From the NCBI RefSeq assembly GCF_026571515.1, contig NW_026860036.1, positions 248,001 through 300,933 of the forward strand: a DNA stretch of 52,933 nt, read 5' to 3'. A program made the translations under genes and the position numbers. The stretch comes from Ruditapes philippinarum (lineage: Eukaryota). Below the pieces are notes generated by a model, which worked only from the letters and a program-made list of their open reading frames with translations, was not told where the DNA came from and made no database searches. The number at the start of each line of letters is the position of its first letter. Position 1 is the stretch's first letter. Shown in pieces: positions 48,124 to 52,933 of the stretch.

Positions 48124-51100
48124 GATTGACGTCTTATCATATGTAGCAGCTTTTCCTCATTCTTTTCTTGAGTAAAGAAAGCACTAGCCATCACGCTACG
48201 GACTTTATAAACATGTTTAATCTCCTTCCCAACCGTTGGGCTAAATGGCCTTACATGAATTGGGCGAACTTCCTTACTATACGTATCCGGACTTTCATTA
48301 TCAGTATTATCGTTTTGATAATTGTCTGCAACCGTTTCTGGTTGAGACATTTCCGGTTCCGGTTTATTTACTTCCTTTTCCGGTGTAAACAAAAATCTTC
48401 TAATTGCAGGAGAGTCTTTGATTGTATCTACACTGGTTATATCTAGAGTATCAGGAGATATATTACGAATGTCACGTACATCGTCACTTTTTGGAATCTT
48501 TTTCTTTTTCCTTGTCTTCCTTTTGTGCTTATGTTTGCTGATAATTTCATTTTCCAATTTGATTGCAGCCTCTTCATCTTCATCTACAAATGCTTGAATA
48601 TTTCCATTAGCCACAGGCTTGATTGGTGTTTTGTCAGGGACAATTGTGGATTGTTTAACTTCTTCTTGTTTTGTATCTTCTCGATGGATAGTATCAGTCT
48701 GACTGCTTGTAGTTTGAACATTTTTCTTTGTTTTGATATTTGCTTGACTCTTCTGACATTTTGTCTTAATCATGTCTGTTTGACATTGTTCATTATACTT
48801 TATAATTGCTTCAGTTGATACACCTTTATCTTTATTCTTTAATGGTGGTACTTCAGTTTGAGTTGACTTTTCTTCAGACATCATTAAATCAGTTAATATG
48901 TCTGATTCCGTTAAGGTTACTTGGCAGCCTATCTCAGCCCTCGAAATACGAATTTCGTTTATTTCAGAATTGACGTTAGGTTCAGTCAGATCTTTTGTTT
49001 CCATAGCAGGGTGTAGTTGTACCTGGCACGCAAAGTCTTTGAAAGTTGGACGAGCGGGCAGTTCTGGTACGGATACCATGACTGGCTGTTGCAGGGATGG
49101 TTTATTCTCCGCGGGAACCTATAATGGGGTTAAAGCACACTTTTATTTCTCAAAAAACAACAACAAATTTATATTCCTTTCTACTTATGGTTGTTGCTCT
49201 GTTTACAAAACAAGGATTGACAACTCCATGTGTGATATTTTTCGTGTAATACAAACTTTACTTCCCTTTTAGATTAACCAGTATTGTAAAAAGCATTGCT
49301 GCGTGTAGATTTGATAAAATAAAGAATAACATAAACATTAAAGATTAATAGATATAGATTAAAGAAATCAATACTTGTGACTAGGAAGTAAAGCAGTGGC
49401 TAATGAACGCTCACGCAGACGACATCGATTAAATAAAATTATGATCGTGGAATGAGGAAGAATACTTTAAATTATTTATGGACTCCGATTAAATTTGTTC
49501 GATTAAATTTAGATGGAATTTAAAAAATATATATGTATGTGCATTCAACATGCAGTTTCAAATTACAACCCTTTCTCCTTATTTTCATTGCTTAACCATT
49601 TAAATTACCTTTAATAGAAAGTAAATTGTAAATATGTAATGTTTTTTATTCAGAAACATTAAACGGTACAATGGTAATTGATCGTATTGTCACCTTAGTG
49701 CATTAACGGATTAAGTCATTTTAAATTCAATAGGAGTAAGCCAGTTATATTGCCTTAAAATTATTAAACAGAACAGAACAGAACATCGTTTTATTTAGAC
49801 TTGTACATAGTACATCGTCATGCATATAGATAAATAAAACAATTATCACGTCACGTGATCATGGTAACACAAAGTACAATGTGATACTTAGAATATATAA
49901 TAGAATGTACAGTGTTATGAGTAATAAGTAAATATTTTCTCAATCATAGCAGTAATAGAAATTCTACTGGCAACCTCACAGGATATTGTATACCATATTT
50001 TACCCAGTGAGTCTAACCATCCCACTGAAAGTAAAACTCCCTCCCGATAAAGGCGAAGGATAGATGTTAACCAGCAGCAAAACTAAATACTTATTGAGCA
50101 GTTTAATTCTTTCTAGATAGAGAACAGTATCATTAAAAGTTATACATGTTAACACACACATATCATATGATAATGTATCAAATAAGAGAAAATACCTTTA
50201 TTATTTAAGAACAATGCATGATTACACAAACAAACATGATGTTATAATATATGAGAATTGTAAAAAAATATTTTCCAAGAGGATGTTAAAAAATCAAATA
50301 TTTAAGAGAGTATTTCTTATTGCCAAACTTTCTTTAATGTATCTTGCTAAATTCATCAATAAAAGCTAGTTTGAAGTTTGCAATAACTGAATAAATTTGA
50401 ACATCGATGGTCTAACATAAAAATATTTTTTTATATATGTCTTACGAATATTATTATAACAAGGACAAACCAGAACAAAATGATATTCATCTTCGATATC
50501 AAGGGTATTACAGCACTGACAATATCTCTCGTTTCGTGGTAATCTATGTCTACTATATCTACCAGTTTGTATTCTGAGAGAATGGGCTGATAGTCTTATT
50601 TTGGTAATATACATTCTTAAACTACGTGGTAAAAGGTCGAGGTAAATTTCATACGATAAATTAGTTTTGCAATTTTTATATAGATCTAAAACATTATTAT
50701 TTTCAATATTACCATGCCAATCTTGTAAATAATTATCAATAAGTCTTTGTTTAAATATTCTAGGAAATAATTTACCATCAACATTATCACTATTTATAAA
50801 ACAATCAGCAAAGCCAAATGTATACAATAATCGTTTAACATTTGAGACCCAGTTATTATATCCATGTTCACAATCAATAACACTTTGTTCATAAACTTTT
50901 TTCATAATTATATTATCAGTTTGGATTGTTTTACACCAAAACTTGATTACTTTAACAAAACGAGCAATATATAATGGCCATCTTCCTAATTAAACACGTT
51001 AAATTTCAAGAAGGAAATCGTTTTTCTATTTAAATTGCTTAAAGGGTATAAATCTACATCATATGAAATTTTTTTTTTTAAATTTATCAACAGTAAAATT

Positions 51101-52322
51101 ATATTGGTTCCACTATTATATGATTGATTCCCGAATAAAAAAGTTATAACATAGAATGTCTCTATTATTTAATGCACATGAATAATGTACGTAAACAGAA
51201 TAAAATGTTCCGGAACAAAATATTATTTTGCTCTTTTAAGAAGGGTTTTATCCATTTAGAAATAATTTGGTTCATGCGCCATTCGCTTTTAAGCCAATAT
51301 ACATGTATTACCATATTAATAATACAAGCATTTTGGTAATATACTTTTTAAGAATTTCAAGCAATAAGTTTTGTATCAGAAAAATAGCTTTACACACATT
51401 AACTTATTTTTAATAAATAGAGCAGCTGTAGTGACCCATTGTTAACATTGATTGATTGACTACAATTCGTAGGTTGCGAGTTCGATCATCAGCTACTCAA
51501 ACTAGAAACTATCAAGTCTTTCAGATTAGAATTAAAAAATATAGGTTACTATGACGACTATATATTTACGCATATTTCACACAATACCCTCTGGAACCCT
51601 TTAATTATAATACAGACTTAGTATACATTTTTTATCCAATGATATTACTGATAGAAAATTTAAAAAAAAAACATTTTAAGAAAATATGAAATCCAAGAGC
51701 TAATATCTGATCATCTAGATAGTATATTAAATAAAACACTTTTTATTTGCTTAGTTACGAATGGATTTTCTTATGATATACGATTTGGTACTATTTACCT
51801 TTTCTATGTCATTGCTGCTTTTAATACGACATGTTCTGAACAGGCAACATGATAATATCATAACAACAATCAACAGTATGGCCGACAACACTCCCAGAGC
51901 AATCACTACAGCCAAGTAGTCATCTGGAAAATATACAACAAAAAAAAAACAGATTTCATGATGTTCATTGCCAAGTAATCATTTGGAACAAAGACAGATG
52001 TCATCAACGTAGTTGTGGCGGCAGAAATGAAACAAACAATGGACAAAAATACCCCCCAAAAACAACAGTAAATCGATACCTTTTTCATCAGAATTGTCTT
52101 CTGCTGTTGTTACATTGTGTGTATCTGTTGACGTTATTATAGTAGTAGTAGTTGTGGTTGTTGATGTCGAAGGTTCTGTCGTTGTTGTTGATGTCATATT
52201 CTCAGTGGTTGTAGATATGGTTACCGTGGTAACATTCATTGTTGTACTGGTGGTTGTCGTTTGCATGCAGTATTGTTGTGTTGAAGGCGGACAGCTGATA
52301 GTGATGTTAGAATTCTGTGTAG
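48087..52322 (-). CDS. Gene D: recent paralogue of gene C; last three exons (stalk, TM, tail); 5' exons expected beyond the window
   Basis: Exons 52322-52080, 51923-51799 and 49118-48087 with conserved splice sites and phases; open frame, alignable to gene C throughout. The C-terminus is altered by an A32 tract. Confidence 0.83.
49771..50986 (-). mobile_element. 5'-truncated non-LTR retrotransposon (RTE-X-like) in gene D intron
   Basis: ORF 50366-50905 with LRIQTGRY...CQCC...IEDEYHFVLVC (LINE C-terminal CCHC region), AATAAA plus a (GTTCT)n tail, TSD T(T/A)ATTAAACA (49761-70 / 50987-96), and an empty site at 32821-32830. Confidence 0.9.
51043..51398. mobile_element. TTAA-flanked MITE (Kolobok/piggyBac-type target site)
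   Basis: TTAA on both sides, degenerate 14-bp TIRs (10/14 match), and a single-TTAA empty site in the gene C paralogue at about 32872. Confidence 0.65.
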
Positions 52323-52365
52323 CTATTGGCACACACATATTTATTAATGTAATCTTATTTGATAT

Positions 52366-52933
52366 TGTTACGAGCCAGGCGTAACGAGAAAGAAAAGCCA
52401 GCAACAAACTTGTAACAATAACAAATTTATTACAGAAAAATTATTAAAGAAAAATAAAATAACAAATTATCTTTACAAATACCTGAAGTCCAAATAAAAA
52501 TTACAAATGTTTAGTCTGATCCTGGAATGATCCTTTTTCAATAGCACAGTTAAATCCAAGTTAAATCCAAGAACACTTTAGAATAAATTCCCACAATAAA
52601 ATCCACGAGAATAATTTATTTTAAAATCCAAGCTCCAATAAATCACTTAATTTCCAAGTTGAATAATACTCCAAATATATTGATGACTTAAAAGATTACT
52701 GATGACTAAAAAGGTAACTGATGACTTAAAGAGGATTAATGAAAAATGTCTCCTTATATATATTAACTAAGAAGTTTCCAGAAAGGTCTATTATGTTCTC
52801 AAGTAATCATAATCTAGCAACTTCAACAATAAAGATCATTCCAGAAGTTTCTATCTAAATATAATGCATGAGTTTTCTACAAACAGTTAAGAACCTTCTA
52901 GTACATACATGTAGTTTATGTTCTAAAAATAGC
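52366..52933. mobile_element. probable LTR-retrotransposon LTR inserted in gene D intron 4 (runs off the window)
   Basis: Homology with the gene C intron stops abruptly at a TGTTACG start. A-rich sequence with short tandem repeats (ACTGATGACTTAAA x3) follows. Confidence 0.5.

Larger units (their letters stand above)
43308..52365 (+). repeat. segmental (tandem) duplicate of ~16975-34320 with internal deletions and independent insertions
   Basis: Colinear blocks: 43308-46307~16975-21603, 46308-46780~26165-26650, 46800-47300~28620-29110, 47315-47950~30055-30670, 47950-52365~31066-34320. Confidence 0.93.

Overview
AT-rich, intron-containing animal genomic DNA. The repeat families (Helentron/HINE-type element with internal satellite, tRNA-headed SINEs, a TGAGCC-TIR MITE) suggest a bivalve mollusc, which is inference. 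There are three N gaps. Left to right: (i) a nearly homogeneous 170-bp satellite array (about 20 units) that appears to sit inside the intron of a METTL24-like (Methyltransf_22) gene on the minus strand, of which five coding exons are visible; (ii) a cluster of type-I membrane protein genes reconstructed by hand from splice sites and reading-frame phases. Gene A (+, 7 exons, about 879 aa) and gene C (-, 7 exons, about 723 aa) encode signal peptide / atypical SUEL(rhamnose-lectin)-like domain / CUB-like domain / Thr-rich stalk / TM / long disordered tail. Gene B (+, 4 exons, about 654 aa) encodes signal peptide / mucin / TM / tail with ITIM-like motifs. Gene D (-, partial) is a recent duplicate of C. 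The paralogues share ectodomain exon structure but have unrelated tails, and the C/D tails carry a tandem array of LC8/DYNLL (TQT-type) motifs. (iii) Positions about 43.3-52.4 kb are a deleted, re-edited tandem copy of about 17.0-34.3 kb, in which A is a pseudogene fragment, B is almost fully deleted and C survives as D. Introns contain a complete tRNA-bearing TRIM (Helenus-type), LINE fragments, SINEs, MITEs and four copies of an unexplained ~104-nt structured repeat with compensatory base changes.
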